DNA of 32,000 nt from Thermoproteus tenax Kra 1 (GTDB lineage Archaea > Thermoproteota > Thermoprotei > Thermoproteales > Thermoproteaceae): positions 1,350,001 to 1,382,000 of the forward strand of contig NC_016070.1 of assembly GCF_000253055.1 (NCBI RefSeq), read 5' to 3'. The notes under the pieces are model-generated. The model was not told the DNA's origin. It searched no databases and worked only from the letters and a program-made list of their open reading frames with translations. Below are positions 1 through 7,448 of this stretch, one piece after another (position 1 is the stretch's first letter; the number at the start of each line of letters is the position of its first letter). Both the position numbers and the translations under genes were made by a program.

Positions 1-1437
1 AAACAACGCAAAGAGGTATCTCTCAACGCTGCCCAATATGGCCGTATGGATTATTACAGGATATCTTATCTTATTTTCATCGTCTATATATTTGATATTG
101 AACCTCATCGCGTTGCCGACATCTATCTGGAAGGTCGCAATCTCCCTCGGCCGTCCCAACTCGTCTATTATGTGGAACTCCACGTTGAGAACCCAGTAGT
201 ACTTCTGCTCTGGCAGTATCCTCAGCAATATTGGCTTGCCCTCGCGCTTGGCCAACTCAATTAGATAGTCCTTGTATCCCCTATAGAACTCGGCTGTTAC
301 GTTATATAATGAGACGTAATCTCGTCCAATTTTTCTTATTTCTTCAAATATTTTATTATGTAACTTATAGGTTACCTCAATTGCTTGTTTTAAATCTTTT
401 GTGAAAATATGAAGGTCTGGCATATAAAATCTCCTTAGTCTAAACAGGAGAACAGTTTCGCCGGGTTGTTCGTATCGGTACGAGTCCGCCACTTCCAACA
501 TTCCGAAAGGCAGATTCCTGTAGCTCACGACCCAGTCTCTCACCATGGCAAACTGTTGGAAACATGCGGCATAGCGGAGTATCGATTCAGTGTCTGCTTC
601 TACTATGTACAGACGTTCCCCGAATAGTTTAGCATGGGTCTCAATGGGTCTCTCGCTCAGCTTGAACATATTAGTGCCTCTTATCTTGAATATGGGTATT
701 CCGAGAGACTTCGCGACTTGGTAGGCGTAGTCCTCCACCAGTTCCATCATTATTGTGGCATCAGGCCCATATCTCATGTGGCCCACATCGGACATAGGTT
801 CCCACTCGAAGCCAAAACGTTTTACATACTCTATGTATTTTGGCTCGCCGCCTGGCAACTCCCTTTTGAATACCTCCTTATCTACCAGAGCTTTTAGATC
901 GGGGTATTTATCCAACGGATAGTCGGCTGGATTGTACTCTTCACCCTCAGGCGACAGAATAAGATAGATATCAGGAGCTGCGCGCTCGGCTTGAGCTTGC
1001 GGCCTTCCGCTGAAAAGCTCCGGCTTGTACGAGTAAGATCTGCTGAGCTCAGAAAGAGGATGCCCTATACATTTTATTTCAAATGATTTATAATATCCAA
1101 ATGGAGCTTTTAACACTTTAAATTGATTAAATCCATTTAATATATCGAATAACTTATTCAATATTTCTCTTGAGGTATAGGGCTTTGCTAAATTGGGCGA
1201 TAGATGGGCGTATGGATATATTACTATTGTTTGAGCGTCCACCTTCTTAGCAACCTCAACAATATCTCTTGAGATAGCCGCAAGATACGCCTCGTCGGGC
1301 TTATCGCCCTCCTCAACAGTAATAAACGCAACGAGGGCATTATCGGCATTGCCTGAGACAGGGTCATCCCTGATATCTAACGCCGGCTCCTTTGGCTCCC
1401 ACCTAAAATATTGGGCATGTATCAGGAGCACGCGCAT
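1..1437 (-). CDS. thrS: Threonyl-tRNA synthetase, archaeal type with an N-terminal editing domain. The 3' part of the gene runs off the left edge, so it is missing from the ORF track.
   Basis: Manual translation from the ATG at 1437-1435 gives MRVLLIHAQYFRWEPKEPALDIRDD...IVIYPYAHLS...RYAACFQQFAMVRDW...FRLRRFYMPDLHIF...VIIHTAILGSVERY. The frame stays open for 479 codons down to position 1. A TATA-like AAAATTATATAC (1470-1459, minus strand) lies about 28 nt upstream. Confidence 0.88.
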   Translation of the reverse strand, partial: MRVLLIHAQYFRWEPKEPALDIRDDPVSGNADNALVAFITVEEGDKPDEAYLAAISRDIVEVAKKVDAQTIVIYPYAHLSPNLAKPYTSREILNKLFDILNGFNQFKVLKAPFGYYKSFEIKCIGHPLSELSRSYSYKPELFSGRPQAQAERAAPDIYLILSPEGEEYNPADYPLDKYPDLKALVDKEVFKRELPGGEPKYIEYVKRFGFEWEPMSDVGHMRYGPDATIMMELVEDYAYQVAKSLGIPIFKIRGTNMFKLSERPIETHAKLFGERLYIVEADTESILRYAACFQQFAMVRDWVVSYRNLPFGMLEVADSYRYEQPGETVLLFRLRRFYMPDLHIFTKDLKQAIEVTYKLHNKIFEEIRKIGRDYVSLYNVTAEFYRGYKDYLIELAKREGKPILLRILPEQKYYWVLNVEFHIIDELGRPREIATFQIDVGNAMRFNIKYIDDENKIRYPVIIHTAILGSVERYLFALF

Positions 1438-1921
1438 TAGGTGATTCCTCGCTCCCTCGTATATAATTTTGGCCCCTTGTGGCGCCCGGCCTCCGTGTGG
1501 GCGGCCCCAGGTGTACTCGGAGCGGGGCCCAAGCACGCCGAGGATGCCAAGAGAGGTGGTGAACATCCAGCCGCCGTAGATTTCGTATGAACCTCTATCC
1601 GCTCCACTGTGGGAGTCTCACCGGTTGCCCTCTCCGGGGCTGATGGGAGAGACCACGACTGGATGCCGCGGCGAAGCGGACATCGCGGCGGGGCACCCCA
1701 GCTGACCCCATCCCATTGTGTGAGAAATAAACTATCATCGACTCTTTCTTCATCGCTATGCCATAGAAGATGTGGCTTGCTTAAAATCCATCCCCGATTT
1801 GAAGGGCGAGGCTTTCGGTTGCAAGTTCACATCCAACGATCACTCGCCTAATGATAATATGGGCTGATGCCCTAATTCTCCTCAATACGACAAGTATACA
1901 ATCCTATCTTAAGTAGAAAGC

Positions 1922-1929
1922 TTTTATAC
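1922..1929 (+). promoter_or_regulatory. TATA box for the leaderless speH-like gene
   Basis: TTTTATAC lies about 25-30 nt upstream of the ATG at 1953. The same spacing recurs at most genes in this window. Confidence 0.5.
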
Positions 1930-1952
1930 TGGAGCGATTTGCCCTCTCAGCA

Positions 1953-2348
1953 ATGCAAGAAGCACGAGCAAAGTTGGGAAGCATCCCAGTCGTCGGAAAA
2001 CACTACTACGGCGAGGCCTATGGAATTGATAGCGGGCTTCTGTCCAATGAAGACCTATTGAAGCACATAGTAATCGCAGCAGCGAGACGTGCCAATATGC
2101 ATGTGGTCGAGGTAAACAGTTGGAGATTCAAAGGCGGCGACAAAGAGGGCGTCTCTGTGATCGCATTGGTGCTCGAGAGCCATATAGCAGTACACACGTG
2201 GCCCGCATACGGCTATGCGACCATTGATGTGTATACATGCGGCGAGCACTCAGATCCTCTGTCCGCTTTTAGATATATAATAAGCCAACTGAGACCAAAA
2301 CGGTACACCATCAACTACTCAGATAGATCATATAAATATCCCTTATAA
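1953..2348 (+). CDS. speH: Pyruvoyl-dependent S-adenosylmethionine decarboxylase family proenzyme. In Crenarchaeota a paralogue of this family can act as arginine decarboxylase.
   Basis: 131 aa. The motif VLESHIAVHTWP contains the Glu-Ser self-cleavage site typical of class 1 AdoMetDC. Size and start context fit. Confidence 0.8.
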   Translation: MQEARAKLGSIPVVGKHYYGEAYGIDSGLLSNEDLLKHIVIAAARRANMHVVEVNSWRFKGGDKEGVSVIALVLESHIAVHTWPAYGYATIDVYTCGEHSDPLSAFRYIISQLRPKRYTINYSDRSYKYPL

Positions 2349-2360
2349 TTTTTCTTTTTT
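2349..2360 (+). terminator. T-rich archaeal-type terminator after speH
   Basis: TTTTTCTTTTTT follows the TAA stop (2346-2348) directly. Confidence 0.45.
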
Positions 2361-2365
2361 ACTTA

Positions 2366-2626
2366 TTATCTGTATGGTAGAGTTGCCAATATATCTTTTT
2401 TCATAATATCTATATTTTTTCTATCAATGACCCAAGTGCCCTTCTTCCACTTGGTGGCAAGCCCCATATCTTCATACCTTTTCATTATTTCATATATAGC
2501 CCAGGAGCATCTTCTATCCGTACCACAAATCTTCTCCGTTTTGATCACGATCGTGGATCCTTTTGATCTCGACATTAAGTCTATGTACACCAGCAGGCCG
2601 CTTATATATCTCGTTCTCCCCTTCAC
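2366..2626 (-). CDS. Small hypothetical protein, possibly an excisionase/MerR-like HTH protein
   Basis: 86 aa with a GTG start. TTATATAGC lies about 22-29 nt upstream. The segment CSWAIYEIMKRYEDMGLATKWKKGTWVIDRKNID resembles the HTH-plus-wing pattern of excisionase-type DNA binders, but this is a weak, by-eye match. The ORF sits in a low-GC islet. Confidence 0.4.
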   Translation of the reverse strand: MKGRTRYISGLLVYIDLMSRSKGSTIVIKTEKICGTDRRCSWAIYEIMKRYEDMGLATKWKKGTWVIDRKNIDIMKKDILATLPYR

Positions 2627-2799
2627 AAGATAACTTTCTCGCTATATAATCTTCTTACCTTTATATATGGTAAGTTAAATAATATTATTTTATTATTTTG
2701 TTATACATATTTTATAATTAATTAAATTTATATTTTTATTTGTCTTTTTGTATTATTAAATATAGAAAAATTTATAAAACATGTCATCTCTGTAGACCG

Positions 2800-3849
2800 A
2801 TGATACTGCCCTATTTCCTCTGGTTCGACCCGGTCTATTGGATCACTATGGTAATCGGATACGTGGTTTTAATGATCGTCGCGTCTACTGTGGCCCCCAA
2901 GCTTGCGCGAGGGCTTAGTGGCAGGTTTTCTCTCTATATCTCAATGGCGCTGCTGGCCTTGGTCCTCACGTCGATTACTGCGCTATCTATTTGGGCCGCG
3001 TTGTATCTGGGGGGTCTCGTTACACTCTATGAGATACCCTTAATTGTTATATTTATTGTAGCGATGAATTTCTTAACATATATAATATCACCCTTTATTA
3101 TAAATCTTTTCTATAATGCAGAAAAAGACAATGAACTTCAACAAGTAGTGGATGCCGTTGCGAAAAGATTGGGGTTGGGGGGACGCATAAAGGCGGTCCT
3201 CGTCAATGGACCTCCTAACGCTTTCTCTTACGGCAACTTTATAGCGGGTAGATATGTCGCAGTCAGCAGATCCTTATATCGCATGTTGAATAGAGACGAG
3301 CTCGAGGCTGTCGTGGGGCACGAGTTGGGACATCATATTCACAGAGACAACTTGGTAATGACTTTCTTCGGCCTCTTCCCTGCGGTCGTCTACTATTTGG
3401 GATATAGCCTGGTGTGGCAGGGTATACTGGGAGGCAGAGATGAACGGGGAAGTTCCGGCGGAGGGCTTTTCATGTTGGTAGGTATAGCGCTTGTGGTCAT
3501 ATCGTTTATTGAGCAACTGCTTGTATTGGCCTTCAGCAGGATGCGCGAGTACTATGCCGACTATGTGGGGGCCAGAGCGGCAGGCAGATGGCCTATGCAG
3601 AAGGCGTTGGCAAAACTCCATCTATACTATGAAAATAGAGATGAGGCGGCTGAGGATCTAAGGGGTAGCAAGCTCAAGACGTTGTTCATATACGCATTTG
3701 TGCAAGCCTTTGGGAGTCCCCTTTATGAGGTAACTCCCGATACTGTAGAGAGGATCAAACGCCTTGAGGTCGGCGGCATAGGAGAGGTGTTATCAGATCA
3801 TCCGCCGGTGCCTAAACGCCTTAGGTTCCTTGATTCTATCGAAATTTAA
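2800..3849 (+). CDS. htpX: Membrane Zn-metalloprotease, HtpX/M48 family
   Basis: Has the HELGHH zinc motif, several TM segments and a C-terminal DHPPVPKR. I place the start at the ATG at 2800 (MILPYFLW...), not the TTG at 2740, because TTTATAAAA (2771-2779) lies about 25 nt upstream of 2800. Confidence 0.8.
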   Translation: MILPYFLWFDPVYWITMVIGYVVLMIVASTVAPKLARGLSGRFSLYISMALLALVLTSITALSIWAALYLGGLVTLYEIPLIVIFIVAMNFLTYIISPFIINLFYNAEKDNELQQVVDAVAKRLGLGGRIKAVLVNGPPNAFSYGNFIAGRYVAVSRSLYRMLNRDELEAVVGHELGHHIHRDNLVMTFFGLFPAVVYYLGYSLVWQGILGGRDERGSSGGGLFMLVGIALVVISFIEQLLVLAFSRMREYYADYVGARAAGRWPMQKALAKLHLYYENRDEAAEDLRGSKLKTLFIYAFVQAFGSPLYEVTPDTVERIKRLEVGGIGEVLSDHPPVPKRLRFLDSIEI

Positions 3850-4166
3850 TCGTTTTTCGCCTCCAAGAATTTCAATAAATTTTTTATATCAGATAGAGCT
3901 ATCCTGAAATATTTAAGTCCTTGCTCACTTACTATATATACTTTTTTCCCATCTAGTTCTCTCTCTTCAAGAACGCCGTCGGCCACCATCCTTTTCAGAA
4001 GGACGTATCCGTACACATTGCTTATGTCGAAGCCGAGCGCTCTCAGCTTAGATATTATGCCGTAGCCATGTAGCGGGCCATCGCGAAGAATTATTGCAAC
4101 AGTATAGAGCCACAGATTGCCCTTACCGATACAGTTCTTGAACCTCATATAGGCTCTAAGGGGCAT
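3846..4166 (-). CDS. PadR-family winged-helix transcriptional regulator
   Basis: 106 aa. The pattern GPLHGYGIISKL...VYGYVLLKRMVADGVLEE...GKKVY is PadR-like. TATTTAAC lies about 27 nt upstream of the ATG. Its stop overlaps the htpX stop on the opposite strand. Confidence 0.78.
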   Translation of the reverse strand: MPLRAYMRFKNCIGKGNLWLYTVAIILRDGPLHGYGIISKLRALGFDISNVYGYVLLKRMVADGVLEERELDGKKVYIVSEQGLKYFRIALSDIKNLLKFLEAKND

Positions 4167-4239
4167 TTGACCTCCGGACGCGGGGGGTTAAATACTTATG
4201 CTTACAGAATTGTTTATTAACAAGTCTGTTTAGATAACT

Positions 4240-5295
4240 ATGCCCATTAGGGTCGCCATAGCTGGAGTGGGCAACTGTGCATCGGCCTTGGTGCAAGGTG
4301 TAGAGATGTATAAACATAAGCCTGAGGTAGAGCCCTTTGTTGCCTTCAAAAAAGTGGGGGCCTATGCTGTATCCGATATCACCTTCACGGCAGCATTTGA
4401 TATAGATGCCCGGAAAGTTGGCAGGGACTTAGCGGAGGCCATCTTCTCGCCTCCCAACAACGCCACTAAAGTCTTCGAGCCCCAGAAGTTAGGAGTTATT
4501 GTCAGAGCGGGGCCTCTGCTCGATGGAAGGCCGGAGGGGGGATTGGTAGAGAAAGTAGTGGAGGGCACTGTCGAGGATGTCGTGAGAGAGCTGGAGTCCA
4601 CAAACACCGAGGTTTTGGTTAACTATCTGCCGACGGGCGCGCGTAGGGCCGCTGAGGCATACGCCGAGGCATCGCTGAGGGCGAGGGTCGCATTTATAAA
4701 CGCAATGCCGGCGCCCATTGCGACCAACGAAGTGTGGCAGAAGAGGTTTATAGAGAGGGAGGTCCCGCTCTTAGGCGATGACACTCAGAACCAAATAGGC
4801 GCCACAGTGCTTCACAAGATGTTGATTCACTTGCTCAACCTGAGAGGCGTCAGAATCTTTGATACATATCAGATAAACGTGGGCGGCACTCCGGATTTTG
4901 CCAACTTAATGTATAGGCGCACGGACAAAGAGAAGACTAAGACGGCAGCGGTGAAGAAGATGGCTGACGATCAAGACTTCAAGGCATATATAGCGCCCGT
5001 GGCCTATATTCCGTTCTTAAACGATAGAAAAATAGCACATATGCTGATTGAGGGCGCCATATTCGGCGGAGTGCCCATCACCATAAGGGTTGAGCTCGAC
5101 GTCCACGATGCTTGGAACAGCGCGGCCATAGTCACTGACGCAATAAGACTGGCCAAGCTAGCGCTGGATAGGCACATAGGCGGCCCAATATACAGTGCAT
5201 CTGCCTGGGGATTTAAAAACCCGCCTATCCACATGCCGCCAGAGGAGGCTTACAAGGCGGTCATAGAGTTCATAAACGGAGAGAGGAATAACTGA
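4240..5295 (+). CDS. ino1: myo-Inositol-1-phosphate (inositol-3-phosphate) synthase
   Basis: The N-terminus IRVAIAGVGNCASALVQGVEMY matches the Rossmann motif of prokaryotic Ino1 (VGVGNCASSLVQG). 351 aa. Confidence 0.82.
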   Translation: MPIRVAIAGVGNCASALVQGVEMYKHKPEVEPFVAFKKVGAYAVSDITFTAAFDIDARKVGRDLAEAIFSPPNNATKVFEPQKLGVIVRAGPLLDGRPEGGLVEKVVEGTVEDVVRELESTNTEVLVNYLPTGARRAAEAYAEASLRARVAFINAMPAPIATNEVWQKRFIEREVPLLGDDTQNQIGATVLHKMLIHLLNLRGVRIFDTYQINVGGTPDFANLMYRRTDKEKTKTAAVKKMADDQDFKAYIAPVAYIPFLNDRKIAHMLIEGAIFGGVPITIRVELDVHDAWNSAAIVTDAIRLAKLALDRHIGGPIYSASAWGFKNPPIHMPPEEAYKAVIEFINGERNN

Positions 5296-6004
5296 GCCTT
5301 TTTACGTCATCTACATACTTCCTCCTGGCCTTTGCATAATCTACCTCTTCCTTATGCAGTTCGGCCAACTTGAAGCCCTCCTCACCGCCCATCTCCTCAA
5401 CAATTACACCGTTGGGCGATGTAACGGAGCTTCCTCCGTCCACCTCTCTCCCGTCTGGATATACTGCCCTCACGTTATTAACGAAGGCGACATACATATG
5501 GTTTTCGAACGCCCGGGCTACAGCTAAGGATCTCCACAGGGATACTCTGTCTCTCGTTATATTGGCTGGATTGAGAAGGAGGTTGACTCCCCTCGCAGAA
5601 TAAAAACGGGCTAGCTCGGGATATACGAGGTCAACGCAGATGAGAACCCCTACCTTTAGCCATCCGTGCTCAGTTATACATAGTTTGTCGCCCGCCGACA
5701 CTCTAAGCGATTCTCCCACTGCGTGGCTCGGGAATATCTTTTCACAAAAATCGGTCACAGTGCCGTTTTTTAAAACATAAGCCTTAGATTTAACTACATT
5801 ATTATTTTTCACATAAAAAGCGCCAGGCACCAATATCGGAAATTTGGGCATCCTCGAGAAGATCTCCGCCAACTCTTCTTCCGAGACAACTCTGGAGATC
5901 CAATTCTCGGGCAGAACCACGACGTCTGCGTTGATCGTCGATAAAATGTCGATGACCTTATCGGGCGAGGATCCTTTAGCTACTTGGACTATGGCTAAGA
6001 ACAT
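5270..6004 (-). CDS. Carbon-nitrogen hydrolase (nitrilase superfamily)
   Basis: The start MFLAIVQ is typical of the family. The E-K-C triad context is present (VVLPENW, CEKIFPSH, GVLICVDLVYPE). The start overlaps the end of the upstream GT2 gene by 29 nt. Confidence 0.78.
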   Translation of the reverse strand: MFLAIVQVAKGSSPDKVIDILSTINADVVVLPENWISRVVSEEELAEIFSRMPKFPILVPGAFYVKNNNVVKSKAYVLKNGTVTDFCEKIFPSHAVGESLRVSAGDKLCITEHGWLKVGVLICVDLVYPELARFYSARGVNLLLNPANITRDRVSLWRSLAVARAFENHMYVAFVNNVRAVYPDGREVDGGSSVTSPNGVIVEEMGGEEGFKLAELHKEEVDYAKARRKYVDDVKRLSYSSLRL

Positions 6005-7217
6005 TAGTCTGTTTTCTCTGAGTTCTGATCCATCCGTACTCTCTGCCCATAAGCCCCAACAAAGTGCCCGCCAAGTGGACGAAGGCGGTGGCGAACTCTA
6101 TAAATGGGGGCAGAATATGCGGTCTCACTGGCGTGTTGTGTTTGGCCTCTACATACAGATCTATGGTTAATCCAACAATTAATAAATAAAACATAAGTAT
6201 TAATTCATATATTGAGAAATATATACCAGTTATTACTTTATAGATAATGAAAATTACTATTGTTATATATAAAGCGCTTGTCGCAAACACTGTACCTTGG
6301 AAGATGAAGTCTATCTTTCTGCCGAGCGGCATATCGCTCTTCAGTACTTGTTTAAAATACCTAGTGAAAACCCTTATAGTTCCCGACGACCATCTTAGCT
6401 GTTGTTTAAAGAACGACTTGATGTTGCGCGGGGGTCGCCCCCAGGTATAGAAGCTCCATGTAGCCGCTATCGTGTATCCGTTGAGCCACATTCTGACCGA
6501 TAGATCTAGATCCTCTGTCACAGTGTCCTCAGAGAACCACAGCCTAGTTACCGGCTCCAATCTGGCTATCGCGGTGGAACCCGTGAAAATCGGCATCAGG
6601 TTGAGCTTGCTCCTGCCCACCAACATTGTGCCCGATATATCGTGTGAAAGCGATACCAATGCGTCAAGCGCGGACCCCAGATACAGATGCCTTTGAACGC
6701 CTTGGACCAGATCGGCGCCCAATCTCTTTATTGCAGATACGGCTCTAGCTATGAACCACGGATCGGGGGGCTCGTGATCGCTGTCTATGAACACCACATA
6801 GCGCGGATTCCTCAGAGGATTCAACGCGATGAGCGCCCTTATTGCGTCGTTCAGGGCGCCGCCCTTTAAGCCGTGGCGTCCATCTCTGACTAACAAGAGG
6901 AGTTTCTCGCCTGCGTATACCTTTATCCGCCTGGATGTCTTTAAATCGCCGACATATCTAAGCCCGTAGGTCTCGGCTATGCCGTTGTCAGCACAATCCT
7001 CAACGACGGCCACCTTGTAATTGTTGTACTTCTGGGCCAGCCATTTGGGCAGAGTCTCGCCGAGGTTTTCATCGTTGCAAGACGGAATAACTATATACAC
7101 ACCGTCTTCCCCGTCCTCAAGCGAGGACGTCTCCGTCTGTTCCGAAGAATAGATAGTTGTAATTAAGTGCCAGGTAGCAAAAATAGAGCCGACTGCCAAT
7201 AACACAAGGAAAATCAT
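5976..7217 (-). CDS. Integral-membrane processive family-2 glycosyltransferase (cellulose/chitin/PNAG-synthase-like)
   Basis: Contains IVIPSCNDE, FIDSDHEP (DxD) and QQLRWSSG (Q(Q/R)xRW), with an N-terminal TM segment and several C-terminal TM segments. Confidence 0.82.
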   Translation of the reverse strand: MIFLVLLAVGSIFATWHLITTIYSSEQTETSSLEDGEDGVYIVIPSCNDENLGETLPKWLAQKYNNYKVAVVEDCADNGIAETYGLRYVGDLKTSRRIKVYAGEKLLLLVRDGRHGLKGGALNDAIRALIALNPLRNPRYVVFIDSDHEPPDPWFIARAVSAIKRLGADLVQGVQRHLYLGSALDALVSLSHDISGTMLVGRSKLNLMPIFTGSTAIARLEPVTRLWFSEDTVTEDLDLSVRMWLNGYTIAATWSFYTWGRPPRNIKSFFKQQLRWSSGTIRVFTRYFKQVLKSDMPLGRKIDFIFQGTVFATSALYITIVIFIIYKVITGIYFSIYELILMFYLLIVGLTIDLYVEAKHNTPVRPHILPPFIEFATAFVHLAGTLLGLMGREYGWIRTQRKQTNVLSHSPSS

Positions 7218-7233
7218 GAGGGAGAGTATCTTG

Positions 7234-7410
7234 TTATTTATGTAAGTTCTCGGCCAATACCTCGGCTATGTCTCTTATTTTCACTTGAACTTCCTTAGTG
7301 CGCGCGGCATCCGATAACATTGCGTTGCAGAATGGACAGAGAGTCACGATCGTGTTTGCGCCCGTCTTCACAAGTTGTTCAAGCCGTATGTGGCTTATCC
7401 TCTTCTCCTC
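7234..7410 (-). CDS. Detached C-terminal fragment (58 codons) of the HdrD-like gene, in a different frame from the main ORF
   Basis: Manual translation gives EEKRISHIRLEQLVKTGANTIVTLCPFCNAMLSDAARTKEVQVKIRDIAEVLAENLHK*. This is the expected end of a CCG-domain protein (IVTxCPxC). Confidence 0.7.
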   Translation of the reverse strand, partial: EEKRISHIRLEQLVKTGANTIVTLCPFCNAMLSDAARTKEVQVKIRDIAEVLAENLHK

Positions 7411-7448
7411 AAGGGCGAATTCGCGGCCGCTAAATTCAATTCGCCCTA
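7411..7448. other. Cloning-vector-like polylinker sequence (TOPO-TA type) embedded in the gene, probably an assembly artefact
   Basis: AAGGGCGAATTCGCGGCCGCTAAATTCAATTCGCCCTA contains EcoRI and NotI sites. From memory it matches the sequence 3' of the insert in pCR4-TOPO. The stop codon of the upstream ORF (7436-7438) lies inside it. Confidence 0.75.

Noticed and set aside
1438-1563. An in-frame upstream ATG (1563) would extend thrS by 42 codons (MFTTSLGILGVLGPRSEYTWGRPHGGRAPQGAKIIYEGARNHL-MRVLL...).
   Set aside because: Archaeal ThrRS proteins typically begin MRVLLIH. A TATA-like box sits at leaderless spacing from the ATG at 1437. The extension is Gly/Arg/Pro-rich, as expected from translating GC-rich non-coding sequence.
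1471-1715. Assigning the structured GC-rich block to SRP RNA, RNase P RNA (including the minimal Thermoproteaceae type) or 5S rRNA.
   Set aside because: I looked on both strands for a helix-8 GNRA loop with an AGCA/GGAA-type symmetric loop (SRP RNA) and for GGAAAGUCC and ACAGAA..GGCUUA (RNase P CR-I and CR-V). I also tried a 5S three-helix-junction fold. I found only short, partial resemblances. The element closed by the long-range helix is about 102 nt, which is too short for 5S rRNA.
1609-1851. The listed 80-aa plus-strand ORF.
   Set aside because: It has an Arg/Ser/Gly/His-rich composition, lies within the structured GC-rich block, and has no promoter at the usual spacing.
1850-1866. AUGAUAA...CUGA upstream of speH as a C/D sRNA.
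   Set aside because: Only 6 nt separate the boxes and there is no second box pair, so the geometry is wrong.
2740-2799. The TTG-initiated 20-codon extension of htpX.
   Set aside because: It is translated from the AT-rich promoter region itself and contains the TATA box, so the ATG at 2800 is correctly spaced.
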